A stretch of 64,000 nt of DNA from the NCBI GenBank assembly GCA_009103225.1, contig RHPI01000003.1, positions 548,566-612,565 on the forward strand, read 5' to 3'. The notes under the pieces were generated by a model, which saw only the letters and a list, made by a program, of their open reading frames with translations, made no database searches and was not told where the DNA came from. The DNA is from Chlorokybus atmophyticus. Taxonomy: Eukaryota > Plantae > Mesostigma and Chlorokybus algae. The translations under genes were made by a program, and so were the position numbers. This document shows positions 24,631-38,324 of the stretch, in pieces (positions within the stretch are counted from its first letter, which is position 1; every line of letters starts with the position of its first letter).

Positions 24631-27600
24631 TCAGTACACGCTGCCAATCTCAAAGGTGCCGGATGGTGGTGGAACGCGCGCATCGATCAGCCAGCTGTCT
24701 GCGAAAGGCGCTTCTTCGGGCAGCACGAACGGTTGGGTTATCGTGCGAACCATCAACTCCCCGCAGAAGGGACACTCCGCGGCAACTATCTCATCCAGCG
24801 CCATGCGCACCTAATGAGGAGAGACAGCAGAGAGCATAGTCAAAACCCAACATCACATCACTGTGGAATGCATGAGAGCGTGAGGTACGCTCTATTACAG
24901 AATCCTAGTCAATGCCAGTGTTTCTTGCCTGTTCAAGGGTTGGCTTCGGCTTTGAGGCATCAGTCTGCACCGTAAGCGCACCTTTGTTGTTGCGTGCTTC
25001 ATCCGCCAGACTGGTGACCTGGCGCTTAAGATCTGTAATCCTCTCTCGCTGCGCAACACAACACAGCCATTAGCACAATAAGACTGCAACTAACACCCTG
25101 TTGAGGCCATTGAACAGTACTGTTGCTATGTGTCTGCGCGTGTGCATATGTGTGTGTACCTGAGTTGTGCCGGACACCTTGAACACGTGCGTGAGAAGGC
25201 AGTCGGAGTGAAACGCGTGCGAGCAGGGAAAGGCGTAGAAAGGTGCGAAAGGAAGGTTGCTATTGCTGCTGATGACGCTGCCGGCGTGGTTGCTGGTGAT
25301 TATAGTGCTGCCATCCTGTGCGAGAAGAGGCCGTGCGCAAATACCGCACGGCTCGTCTCGCGACAACACCGTACAACGCTGAGACAGACCTGATGACAAC
25401 ACCAACATCAACACCATCATGTGTGTACTGTCGTGCATGCGGCCACCATCGTTTAACCATACAAATGATAAGAAGGCTGTCAGCGTGCGTGTGCGTGTAC
25501 ATGCGCATGCACAAGCGCGAGCGTGCGAGTACGTGTGTATACATGTGCATGCGTGTGCGTGTGAACGCTCAAGCGTGCATTCAAGACAACTCACTCAAGA
25601 TTCAAAGCTCAAGTGAAGATAGGGCACACGACACCAGTCAATGTCTCACCACTGATGTCTTTCCGTATTGTCTCGGCACGTCTAGTGGCGTCGTCCATCT
25701 CCGCCCGCAAAGCTTCAATTTGTCGGTTGTACTCTTCAAGCGACGCGCAGATGGCATCCTTGAAATCATCTATCAGCACAAAATCTGGGAAGAACGGAAG
25801 GATGTCTTCGATCTTCAACAGACCGTCCGTCTCCTGTATGTGAATGGTATTTTAACAACAACAAGCATCATCAACGACATCAGCCACAAAGATAAAATAG
25901 ACCCTTCAACTACATTTCAACAACAAACCTTCAGGAAGGAGATGGCACGTCTGATGTTCTCTTTCTCCACTTCGTGATCGACGCCATTAGCTTGCTGGTC
26001 CTGATGAGCCATCTGGCAGGCAACAAGAGGAGGGCGTTTCATCAACACAGAACACATCACATCACATCCATGAGCTTGACAAGTCAGTCCAACCGTACCG
26101 ATTGAACAATGTGTTGTGCAACGCGCAGCCACAGCCGTTTCCTGAGAGCGTCGTCGTCTTCAGGCTTGTTGGCCTCCTGCTTCGCTAAACCGACGTCCAC
26201 CTGCGCCAGGCATAGCAGTTCATGTTGCTGTAGTGTGCGTGTGACCAACATCGCCACGCCAACAGACATGCTGGGCACTGGACTGCTCCCAACCAACCTT
26301 TTACAATTGTTTACACACCTGCAGTGCGAGTGATACGGCTTCTTCATACATGCCCAGAGCAGAGTACACGCGCACGCACGAGCGCAACCGACCCTTTTCC
26401 AAGCACCGCCTGGCATACAACCACCACCATAACCAAATCCACTATGTGTTGATACTATGTTACCCACCCAACATGCTTGCAACACGACAACAGACAGGCG
26501 TTGCAGCGCACACACAAACCTGAGGGCGTATTTGGGGTCGTAGCGCGTCGTCTCCATGCCTGCTACTGGCCACGTTTGCGAAAGAAACCGCAGCAGGTGG
26601 GTTTCATCATCCTGAGGTATACATTGCACGTTTCAAGCACACAACAACCAAGAGGATCACGCAATCAGCCAGCAAACAACACTGCTAGCGAAGCAGAAGA
26701 GCGGACACATACTCATAACAACATAATGTTTTGCAGGATGAGTGAGATAATGTGGTGCACATATCTCAATACCAGCTCAGCGTAAAGGGACAGCAGCAAA
26801 TTATGCAAAGCCTGGTCTTCGCATAGGAGCCGCCGCACGCAGTATTCGAGATAGCGTATTGCCTCGTTTCTGCCCGAGCCGCTTGCAGCAGCATTATCAT
26901 TGCTGCTGAGTTTTTAGAGTTAATAACAATGGCTCATCAGCGGCTTGCATGACACTTATGCCAAAGTCATGAGTGTTGTGGGACTCACCTATATGTTAAT
27001 GACTGCGTGTAGCGTAGGAGTGCGGGTACCAACCTTCGCGGCGTCAAGTTTGCGCCAGCTGTACAAACGCGCAGACGCGGACATAAACACACAAGCATGC
27101 ACACATCAGTTTGTAAGCAACTGACTGAAGTCACATGTCAACAAGAAAGCAACAGTCCTCCACCTGCGATCCACGCATCGACAGTGGCGACGGGATCAAG
27201 CGCCATGAGAGCGGGAGCAAACTTGTACACGAGCTCTTGCGGCACGCGCGGCCGTCGCAGCAAAGAGAGCGCTTTGGCCGCATCCCCACGCTGCCGACAA
27301 AGCACGTTGTCATCAGCACGCACGCACGCACAAGCACGCGCAATGATGCTCAATACCTGTATGTGATGTGACAGGACTGTCTCATGATCGCCCTTCAGCT
27401 CCGCGTAATACACCAGCTCGTGGGTACGTCCGTAGCTGCCGAGCAGGCGCACGGTTGTCGCTTCATCGAGGGCATCCACATGATCCTGTGCATCACATAG
27501 TGACATGTTGGCCAACAACAACAACAACAACTACAACAACCACGAGCAATAAGCTACCTTTAAGAAAGCGCAAAACTCGTCAACGGTCTCTTTGTACGCT

Positions 27601-28439
27601 GCCGACGGGTCGTCATCATCGCCGGCAGCAATGATGCTGGACGGGTCTTCAGCTCCATCCGGCATCAACCTGTTGAGCTGCACGACGAGTCTGTAATGCG
27701 TATATATGTGCATAACATTACACACAACATGCACATGTACACAAAATACTCTACCTTGTCAAGATACAGCTCTGTGGCCCAGGTGGCCACCATCGTGATC
27801 TGCGAGCGGTCTTCCCGGCTGAGATGATCCAACTTGTGCAGCAGAAAGGTCAGTAAAGCCTCCGAGTCCCGCACGGCAACAAACCTGACCAAAAAGTGTT
27901 ACTCTTAAACCACCATTGCTGCATAAGGTGGACATGTTGATCAATGAATGCTCACTCACTTCAGGGCCACTTCCTCGAAAGACGCGGCTGCGGGCGTCTG
28001 CACTTTGGCGTAAAGCATGGCAGCCTACACACAGCATAAAGCCAGTCAAGTCGATATTGATTTAAGCTTCTCGTTGCCAGTTGTGGGCTTGTTGTGCTGT
28101 TGTTTTGTCTCACTGCTGAAGCTGACCTGAGTGTACTGTCCTTGGGAGTATGCGGTCGCCGCTTGCTTTGCATACACTGTGTCTCTGCAACATGTTGACC
28201 ATGCATCAGCAAGCTGCATTCATGTCTACTCGATATTACTGCATATTGCTCGCACACATGACATGTGAAACCAAAAGGCGACTGCGAACGCTTGTAATGT
28301 GTCTTAATGAAAAGTCCACATGATTGTTATAGTGACCTTTGCAACGTGTTGCGAGTGTGCTCGAGTGCCTGTTCATAGTCTGCGCGCTCCAGATGAAGCT
28401 TCCACACGTCACGCTCTTCATCCCGTATGGTGACCTGCA

Positions 28440-28472
<33 letters not shown>

Positions 28473-31233
28473 GCATCTGATGCATACAACCTATGCCACA
28501 GCATTATGCACCTCAAACAGGCAGTGCTCGGAGTATATGAAAAGAGACCCCGCCACAGAGTCTTTGACAAGACCCAACACGTCCCCGCCTTCCTGCAACA
28601 TGCGCTTCGGGAACTTCTCCTCCTGAACGACTGTCTCACTGACTCTGCTCACCACCTGCAAGTCAACCAACAATTAGACACAGACACACACACGCACACA
28701 TATGCATGCATGTACACGCACGCGCGTGCGCGCACATGCCCCCACATACACGCGCCCACACACACACGCGCGTGTAACTCCTGCTGCGTGTGCATGCATG
28801 CAATCAGTTAGGCACCTGCAGCTTGTCCTGGTAGAGCAGCAAAAAGTGAAAGTCCGTGACTGTCATGGAGATGGGCGTGACATCCTCTGGCTGGAAGGCT
28901 TTGTACGGCAGAAGCGCCGCGTCCGCCACAATGTCTTCGTCACCAGGGGCCTGCATTATATACACACAACACTCAACACGCGCGTGGAAGTACAACAATA
29001 TCACAATGTTAAGACCACATAGCTTGCCTGCGAGTGCGCTTGGGCAGATAGCAGTAACCTCCCGTGGTACAAGCCGGGACCGGCAAGCCACGCAAAGCGT
29101 TCGGCTCTGCCCTTACGCATCGAGTACAGTTGAAGCTGTCGCACACATCACAACAACTCCCAGTCATCAACGGGTCCACAGTAAGCAGTATGTATCAAAC
29201 CTATCACTAAGACAGAGAATGTTGTAATATACCTGTGAGTAGGGCATATTACCAGGGAGTTCAATAACAGGTGCCAAGCGGTCTGCATACGGTGCAAGCG
29301 TCTGCTCAAGGCTGCCGTGTCCTGCCACGAGTGATGATAGTGTCATTATGTGCACGTTGACATCCATATAGCATGCAAGCTTCCACAATGCAATGTGTGC
29401 TTGCGTAGGGTGGTTTACCAATAAATGCATACAGCCGTGTCGGTGTCACTGCCAGCACGATGATTTTCGGGTACGACGCCGGTCCGATGACTTCCATATG
29501 AATGTCGCAGATGGGCTCGCTCTGTTCCTCTCTCCGTTCCTTGAAGTCGAGCAACTGCTTGAAGTACTTCTCTTTCTTGTCCGTCTCATCGTACTGAGTC
29601 TCGTACAGGAAGCCGCCCGCGGTGCTGACGAGGACGGAGGACGTGGAAGCTGTTGTGGGAGAGGGGCTGAGACATCAGTCGAAGAGTGTGTGTGTGTGTG
29701 TGTGTGTGCGTGTGTGTGTGCATGTGTGTGTCAGTGCGTGTGTACATGTACACTGGCGAGCGCATGCGTGCATGTGCGTGGGTGCGCGCGTACGTGCATG
29801 TAAGCGCGTGCGTGTACTGCTGCGTGCGTGTGTGTGTGCCTCTTCCTCACCTTCTGTGATATGAGACTTGTTCCACGAGACTGCCGTGACCAGCGCAAGA
29901 CCCTTCAGTCGCGCCACAGGACGCGCTTTCTTCCACCGTGCGTGATGGTAGTAGAACTCTCTCGCTCCCTGTCCCGCAGCAATCGCATTCGGCCTATGTA
30001 TTGGCGACAGTTAAAGGTTTGTATTGTGTTGGTACATACCAACATGCTCGTTCGCGAAGCTTACCGCACGCATGCGAGCACGTGAATGCCGCTGGGGTCC
30101 ATGAAGATTGCTTCGATGAGGCCATCGGCCGTGCCGGGCTTTCCAGTCGTCAGCTCCACCTCTGCGCACACATAAAGTTGTACTCACGCACGCACGCACA
30201 CATGCACATTTGCATACGTGTCTATGTCACGCATGCACGCACACGCATACGCACACCCACACTTACACCCACACCCACACCCACACCCACACCCACACCC
30301 ACACCCACACCCACACCCACACCCACACTCTCCCCCCCTCACCTTGACTCGTCCCCTCCGCCCAGTCGTACCGCACCACCCACCCCTTCCCCGTCCCCAC
30401 CGCAACTCTATTGTTCCCTATCGCGAGCGCGGTGACCGCCCCGTGGCCGCGGGAGATGCCTCTCTCGGGTGCTTCAACACCAAACAGTGGAAGCTCGTCG
30501 TGCAGCGCCGATATCGATGTGGAAGCGATGTCCACCTGAGGGGAGCAGAAGCAGTGGGTTGACAGTGCTTGACGAGAAGAGCATGCGTGCTGCTAGTCTG
30601 AAACCCAGAACAACGTTTGAGAGAAGTAGCTCAGCTAGCATTGAGGTGAGTGCATTGATGTGAGTGCATGTGAACAGCACAAAGTGCAGTTGCCTTCCTA
30701 GTAGCAGGGTTGTTCAGCTTACCACTTAAGCGCACTGCAACGACGGGTGGGGATTGCAAGCAACAACAAGTAACCTCTGAGGTTTCAATACAGCCTCTGT
30801 GACGACCACTGAGTGCATGACCTGAGGTTGGCCAACGCCACTAAGCATATACGCAGCACGCAACAGAAACACTGTCAAGTCAACTTGTCTGTGTTGCTGT
30901 TTCTCATGCCAATAGAATGCCTGATTCCTGCGATCGAACACCAACGGCGTGTGCTCCAGCTGGCAATGCGACATGCATGCATTTGGTTTGCGCTTCAGGC
31001 TTTACAAAAGCTCAGCTCCAAAGAATGGAACACGCATTGCACGAACAGTATGTTGTGCTTACGTCGCCATCGTCATCGAGCAGCGTACTATCAACCGAAG
31101 ACGAAGGCAGAGCCAAGGACGAGGCGGCGCCGCCAGGCCGGTAAAGCCCTCCGCCTACCAGGCCGCCCGCCGCACGCTGAGCGGCGGAGCCACCGACCCC
31201 AAGCCCCTCGCTCTCCCGCCACTCGTCCAGCAT
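24631..31233 (-). CDS. VPS18: Vacuolar protein sorting 18 (HOPS/CORVET subunit, Pep3), multi-exon
   Basis: VTALAIGNNRVAVGTGKGWVVRYDW, AVTPTRLYAF, ITMVATWATELYLDK, YDPKYALR, LWLRVA, LKIEDILPFFPDFVLIDDFKDAICASLEEYN, RING CGIC...FPCSHAFHSDCL, and ECPFCGELMV. Confidence 0.96.
30255..30328. repeat. (CCCACA)n hexamer tract in a VPS18 intron
   Basis: About ten consecutive units visible. Confidence 0.9.
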
Positions 31234-31588
31234 GCCGACCAACTCGCGCCCCTCCTCCCTCCCCACCTTCCTCCACCCCGTCTACCTCCCCCTTGTCCTG
31301 GTCCTCTGCCACCGCCACCGCCACCGCCGGCACCTCCTCGTCCGGCCTGGTGACTTTTGGCCTGGTAGCTTCTGGCTTCTAATATGTTGTGCAGCATCGC
31401 ACAAGAAGTGCGACGCTTGTGCGATGCGCGCTCGTGACTTTGGGCCGTTAGCAGAGCATTGCACTAGCGACCAGGCCAGGGCCAGGCCAGGCCAGGCCAG
31501 ACCAGAGCAGGCTAGGGCAAGCTAGGCCAGAGCAGGCTAGGTTGCAACAGTGTACAAGCAGGCTCAGGGAGCGACGAGGTACGGAGGC

Positions 31589-31596
31589 TAGGGTTT
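31589..31596 (-). promoter_or_regulatory. Telo-box (AAACCCTA) in the VPS18/IFT52 divergent promoter
   Basis: TAGGGTTT on the + strand in the 0.6-kb intergenic region; an 8-mer match only. Confidence 0.35.
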
Positions 31597-31841
31597 GGGC
31601 GCAAGGAGTGTGAGGGAGGGAGTGCTGGGGGGGAGTTGGCTCAGGCCAGGCCATAGGGGGAGACACGTGGAGAAGTGGAGAAGAGAAGCCAATCGCATAC
31701 CAGACCAGGCTGAAATGGTGTCAGCAGGCCAGAGAAAGTGGGGCGACAGCTGCTTTGTGATTGATCTGCGAGAGCTGTTCTAAGCTGCAGCAGAGGTAGT
31801 TGACAAACAGCTCAGCTCATAGCCACCACCATACAGCGACT

Positions 31842-32004
31842 ATGCTGCGTGACAGCCGCCTGCTCAACGGCGGCGGCCTGCCGCCAGCTGTGTCGCCTTT
31901 GTCCACGTCATCGGCGATGGGGATGGGCACAGGGACAGGGATGGGGATGGGAACAGGGATTGGGGAGAATGCGCCGACCATCATCTTTGACGCCTGCAAA
32001 AAGG

Positions 32005-32037
<33 letters not shown>

Positions 32038-35000
32038 ACATTTCCGGTGCTACTGTGTCTGTGTGGCGATAGAACTACATAATTGTCGCCGTTTGTAGTT
32101 GGTTGAGGGACCGCACAGGAGCATACCTACATGCTGGTTCAAAACCATGTGCTCGTCTTTGTCTTATGCAGTCTTGTGTTTTGCACAGTGCACCAGCTGC
32201 GTGTGAGCTGTAGCCTTGATGTCATTGCTTGGAGGTTGATGGTAGCAAGGCAGTGACAACTAGCAGCACTGGTCGCAATCAAGTGCGTGTGTGCATTTGT
32301 GCTCATGCATGCGTATGCGCGCTCTTGAGTGTGCTTGTGTGTGTGTGCACGTGCACGCGGGCATGTGTTCCAGTGTGCACACGTTTGTATATGTGTGCGT
32401 GTGCGTGCGCGCGTGTGCATGTGTCAAGTGTGTCGCATCAAATGAATCGTATGTATCGTTTTGAGGCTGTTTGCGTTTGCTCGTTAGCCACTCCCAGCAC
32501 GAAAAGCTACCTGACGTTGCACTGAGCTGACGCGCTCTCTTGCAGAAACACATACACCGAATGCCGGCTTGAAACAGCTTGCGAGAAGGTTACGCAACAC
32601 TCTCAAACTCCAAATGTAAGCAACAGCAAACCTGCATCGGTGTCACACACACACGTACACGCATGCACAGACCCACGCACGCGCATAGATTCGCACATAC
32701 ATATGCATGTGCACACACGCACGCACGCACGCACACGCACACGCACACGCACACGCGCAGTAAAAGCATATCTCGCTACATGATGTTGCCTTCATGCCAG
32801 TAATAAGGATGAGTTATCATTGGAGCGACTGCGTGAAGGCCGTATAGTTGTGTTCGGCGGCCCGCGCGAGAAGTGTACTGTGGATGAGTTCGCCGCGATC
32901 AACGCGTACATACAGGTGTGTGGTTTGTGTTGATGTGAATGTCGCGTGTGAGTGGGTGTTAATGAGGGATTGTTGTTGTGTCGTGCAGGGCGGCGGGTCT
33001 GTGCTGATACTGCTGGGTGAAGGCGGAGAGGCGCGACTCAACACGAATTTCAACTATTTGATGGAGGAGTATGGGATCATGGTCAACAGTGACTGCGTGG
33101 TATACATATACATGCACATGCATGCATGCTTGAACACACCTGCGTACACACATATGTGGGTTCATGCGCGTGCGCGCGCGTGCGCGCCCTCACCCTTACA
33201 ACCACGTACACACCCCACCTACCCACCCATCCATCCACGCGCGCACATCAACATGTGTAACAACATGCGTGCACGAGCATGCCAGTGCCGACGCACATGT
33301 CCACACACACGCACGCACGCACGCACGCACGAACGCAAACAGCAGCTACGCTCAACCCAACATACACTCAACCTGACACAACCAACCGCACGCAGATCTC
33401 CAGCGTGTACACAAAGTACCCCCACCCGAAAGAAGTCCTCATCGACGACGGCGTCCTCAACCGCGCCGTCCTAACCGTAAGCAACACCCCACACACCCAC
33501 GTACCCCCCCTCCCCACATACCCCACATATCCCACATACCCACCCGCCACAGGCTCAGAAGCCGAGCGATGCCTCTCTGGAGTTCAATGATCCAAGAGAT
33601 GGGATCCCCAACTCGGGACTGGCGATAGCGTACCCGTACGGCGCCACGCTCGGAGCGCAGGCGCCGGCGGTGGCGATACTAGGAAGCGGCACACTTGCGT
33701 TTCCATCAAGCAGACCCATAGGTGAGGAGCTGAGTGTGTGGGTGCGGGTGTGCGGGTGCGTGTGCGTGTGCGTGTGCGCACTGTGTGTGAGCGTGCTCAC
33801 TGTGTGTGGGTGTACATGTGCGTGTGCGCGTGGGCACATGTCTGCATGTACATGTGCGTGCGTGCTCGTGTCACATGTGCATATGCACGCGCACATGACA
33901 CATTTTGTTGGTGTTTCGCAGTGGCGGTGTGGCAGGCGAGAGGCCCAAAGGGCGGTAATGTTGGCGCTGGTGCTGGTGTTGGGCGCGTGATGGTTGCGGG
34001 CAGCGCGTGCATGTTCGAGGACGCGTGGCTGGAGCGCGAGGACAACGCTCGATTCGCAGACTGGGCTTTCCGGTGGCTTCTTGGAGACCCTTCCATACAT
34101 GTGTGTATTTTACACAAGTGCATGATGTTGTGTTGTGTTGTGACAGTACACACAACATTATGTACACGTCGTGCAGGTGTCCGCTGCTGATGCGGATGAT
34201 GTCGATACACCCGAGTTCCAGTACGTCCCTGATATCGAAGCGTTGGCCGAACGACCTCGCTTGTGTCTACAAGTACACATGAGTTGCAAAGTGGCAACAT
34301 TTTCACCCTCTCTTATCAAACCAACATGTTGCTTACTACTCATGCCGACAGGAAGGGGAGGCGATCCCGATCGACTTCATGACAATGTTGGACGACACGC
34401 TGTTCGAGTTCACGACGGATCTCATACCCGAGGCGGTGGAGTTGTATGGGAAACTTGACGTGAAGCACGCGCCTCTCACACTCATACCTCCGCAGGTAAA
34501 GTGTGCATAGGATTTTCACACGCACACGCAACAAGTATCATTATACCTACCAACAAACCCGACACAAGCTTGTCCCGAACCACACACCAATCTCATCACC
34601 TCTCTCGCGCGCTTATAGCCACATGGACTTTGTGCATCACTTCCAAGAGCCACAACAATATCTTGATCTGTGACTCACACATGTGATTCACACGTCGTTT
34701 GGTGTCAACTGGTGCGGTGTGCTTGTGTAAAGACACACGTTAAGTTGCATAGAACTAACGCGTGCGTGCGCGTGTGTGTGATTGACTGGTTTCTGTCTCT
34801 CAGTTTGAAGTGCCTGTGCCTGCGCTGGCTCCTGCGGTCTTCCCCCCCGCCTTCCGAGAGCCTCCCGCCCCCGCGCTGGACCTGTTCGACCTCGACGACG
34901 CGCTCGCGGGGGACGGGACGAGGCTGGCGGCACTGCTCAACAAGTGCAGAGAAGGTGAGAGAGGGGTGGATGTGGTATGTTGAGCACGATGTGTGACTAA

Positions 35001-35531
35001 ATGATCGAGGGGAAGAGTGATGACGATGGTGGAAGCAACTGAAACTGGTGCTGCTGCATGCGAAGAGTGCAGACAGCAACTGAGCTTAACCGCACACGCA
35101 CACGCGCACACGCGCACACACACGCGCAGATGCACACACACGCATGTACGCGCACATGCACACACGTGTACTCACGCGCTCACTCAGAAACAGTCAAAAG
35201 GCCGCTTGTCGCAGTAGTGCGCCATTATGTCGGTGTCCTTTGTGGGTCCTTTGCAATGTCCATGTGCCCTTCCACTTAACACGCACACGCACACCTGATG
35301 CATGAGTGTGTCACATCACCATCAGGTACTGCGGAGGACGTGGACTTTTTCGTTCGCGAATCTGGGAGCGTGTTGGGCATATCAGAGAAGGTGTTGGCTG
35401 CGCGAGGGGTCGGCGTGGGCACGGGCGCCATGACAACAGTTGATCCGAAGAGCATCCTTTCGTATGTCTTGCAAACAATCGTCAACTGCCGGCGAGTGAA
35501 CCCGATGCCACCTGGCCACGTGCGGCTGTAA
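31842..35531 (+). CDS. IFT52: Intraflagellar transport protein 52, multi-exon
   Basis: PTIIFDACKK, FGGPREK, GGGSVLILLGEGGEARLNTNFNYLMEEYGIMVN, YTKYPHPKEVLIDDGVLNRA, YPYGATL, EFQYVPDIEALAERPRLCLQ, FEVPVP.LAPAVFPPAFREPPAPALDLFDLDD. Confidence 0.96.
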
Positions 35532-36232
35532 GGGGAAAAGAGAACGGGGTTGGTAGTGCAGTAGTGCGGTGTTGTGGGTTTGCGAGTGTACAGGAGGGCG
35601 TGAGAAGCTGAGTCAATGACAACATCAAATGCAGTAATGGGCTTGATTGCTGCGAGCTGTTGCTCCCAGATTACGTGTGGGTGCACATTGTTGTAGCATT
35701 CCCTTGCACGTGTTTGTAGTAGACTGTTTTGACTAGTAAACCAGGAGTCATTGACTGCGCAATTCGGTATGAGATTACTTGAATGGTAATTCAACAGATA
35801 TGGGTATGCACTGCAACCAGCTACTAAAAGACAAGTGCTGCATATGGTGTGTGAAAAGCAATTTGCAGGTGATGTCCTGTACATGCTTCGACAGGCTGTC
35901 GTGCATGCACACACGCACGAAGGTTCTGGCTGTTGCCCATTGATTCAAAACCAAAGATCGCCACTGTTTGCATGTCGGTCAAAACTGCATCTTGTGGGAT
36001 CCTGGTACCAAACTTTCAGGTCATTTATTGCGCAGAGAAGTCCTGGTGCACTCAATTAATCCCTAACATTTCCTCTCGTCTCTTTTTGGTTGGTGCCTAC
36101 ATGGTGCATCTTTAATGTAGCAATACAAACTTGCTATACAATCTTGATAACCTAGACCTTCGGCAATCGCCAATATAACGCTGCCACTAACCCTAACCCA
36201 CTAGCTGTGCTCATGCAACACGTGAAGCGTAT

Positions 36233-37559
36233 TTACACATTGAATGACTCCCCGCACCCGCAAGAGCCCTTCGCGTTGGGGTTGATGAACACAAACTCAG
36301 ACCTGCGAAAGCAACCAGTCAGCTCACTTCAAACTAAACTGACTAATCATTGCAAATTGTCAGCGATGCCGCAACTGCACTGGCTGATGCATATTGCTGC
36401 ATCTACATATGTCAACATGTAACGCAACCATGTGTGGTTTCAGACACGCGCGTGTATGTACAACTGCGTTGCATTTGTGTTGATTACTAAGGTGCAAGAG
36501 TTCTGTAAGCTGACATGTTTCAAAGCAATCAGAGCAAAAGAGCCGACATATGGTCACTTACTTGAGTCGGTCCTCAACAAAGTCCATCTTGGTGCCGATG
36601 ACATGCATAAGCGCTCTTGGGTCGACAATCACCCTCACGCCCTTGTCCTCAACTACCTCATCGAACTTGCTGGCAGAGTCTGCGACCAGAGAGTGAAAGC
36701 AATGAGCACACAGACACATGACTACATATCTCAGTTCGAAAGAAGCAGCTAGCTATGAGTGATTGTGAACGTATCACTTAAACATTTGCAACCGGTTGTG
36801 ATGCGATTGGCGTGGTCACAGCTAGATGCGTGACAAAGATACAATGAAATCACTTCATAACTTACAGCAAACACGTACAACATTGATAAGAGTGTTTCAG
36901 TTGTAAACAACAGGAGCCACAGGCTGTGGATGAGTAACACCGACAGACTACTGGTATATCCACATATAAGGTACGCGTAAAACTTGAAGAGCATATTTTA
37001 CAAAAACAAAAACAGGACAGCATATAATCATAAAACTTTGCAACACAACCTTGATTATCAACAGCGGTAAAGTTACAACTGTGACTCTGATTGTGATGCT
37101 GCTTTGACTTTACGCTGTGTGGATAAAGCACACATGCAAGATATATCTAAGTTAGCTATGGCGCAGCTGAGCACTTAACACAAAACCACAATAACAGTAG
37201 TGCCGCTGCGTAGTACCTGCGTAAGTAAGCGTGTATGACAGGCCGTTGCAGCCTCTGGTCTTGACACCCAGCCGCAAATACTCCTTGTCTCTCTTGCTCA
37301 ACAATTCCTTGATCCGTTTGGCTGCGCCTTCAGTCACCTCCAGAGCCTGTTCAGGAAGTTGGCATGCTCAGACACAACCCAAGAGGATCCACATTACCGT
37401 TATGGCCTGACAAAGTCAGGTGGACTACAGAATTGCCTATAGCTGGCATGGAAGCTTGTACATACAGCTTTGAACACAGCTGCTTGCCTACCCACGCACC
37501 TGCTTACGCGCTGCAGCTGCTGCCGGCCGTCGCACTGCCTGCGCCGCTGCTCCAAGCAT
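36233..37559 (-). CDS. ISCA1: Mitochondrial A-type Fe-S carrier ISCA (HesB family), 4 exons
   Basis: [13 protein letters not shown]...[52 protein letters not shown], and [22 protein letters not shown]. Confidence 0.95.
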
Positions 37560-37640
37560 CGCCCCGATGGCCACACCAACCTCTGCCTGGGCTTCTTCCT
37601 CTTCCCCCGCCACCACCACCACCACCGCCGCTGAGCCGGT

Positions 37641-37648
37641 TAGGGTTT
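37641..37648 (-). promoter_or_regulatory. Telo-box (AAACCCTA) about 80 bp upstream of the ISCA ATG
   Basis: TAGGGTTT on the + strand in the ISCA/NBR1 divergent promoter; an 8-mer match only. Confidence 0.35.
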
Positions 37649-38324
37649 TACCAGGTGGTGCCACGTGGCATGTATGACGTGCTTGCCTCGCACAGCATGT
37701 GCCGTCTTGTGCGTTGTGGCGCACAATCTGTGCGTCACTTGGTGCGGCGAACTGTAGTCCAGAAGCCGCTTTGCCCGTGGCGTCCTGCCATTGGCTTTGA
37801 CACTTCGTTGAGAGCGACGCGCGCTGCGGTACGGGCGCCCACGCCGCACCAGGGCAGCCTTTTCGTATCCCTAGTAGGTTCGTCTGACATGGCGGTGCTT
37901 CGGGTTAACCACGCCACTCAATTCTCAGCAAACCGCCTTACTTCACCGAGACACTCCGCAAAGAGACTGGTTAGGTTGACCGCGTTGCAAAGGGCGCGCG
38001 GCATAGAGCGGTGTCGCGCAGTGTGACGGGGCAGCGTTTCCCGCGCGCGGGCAGCTGCTTCGGGTACATAGCTGAAAAGGCACAGCACTATATAAGCAGG
38101 CTTCTTGCCTGGAAGAGCTGTGTGTGCCAGTGTGCCACAGCGTGCTCGGGGTGGTTGTCGCTGCCGTCGTTGTGCTTGTTGGGTGTTTGAATCTTTGAGG
38201 TGTGACACAGCCCCAGCGTGGGCTAGCGGCTTACTTGCCACGCTTCCCTCTTTGCTCACGGGTCGGCTTACCAGGGACGCCCTTGTGTGCAATTGCCCCC
38301 TGTGTGTTGTTCGGCAACGCAACG

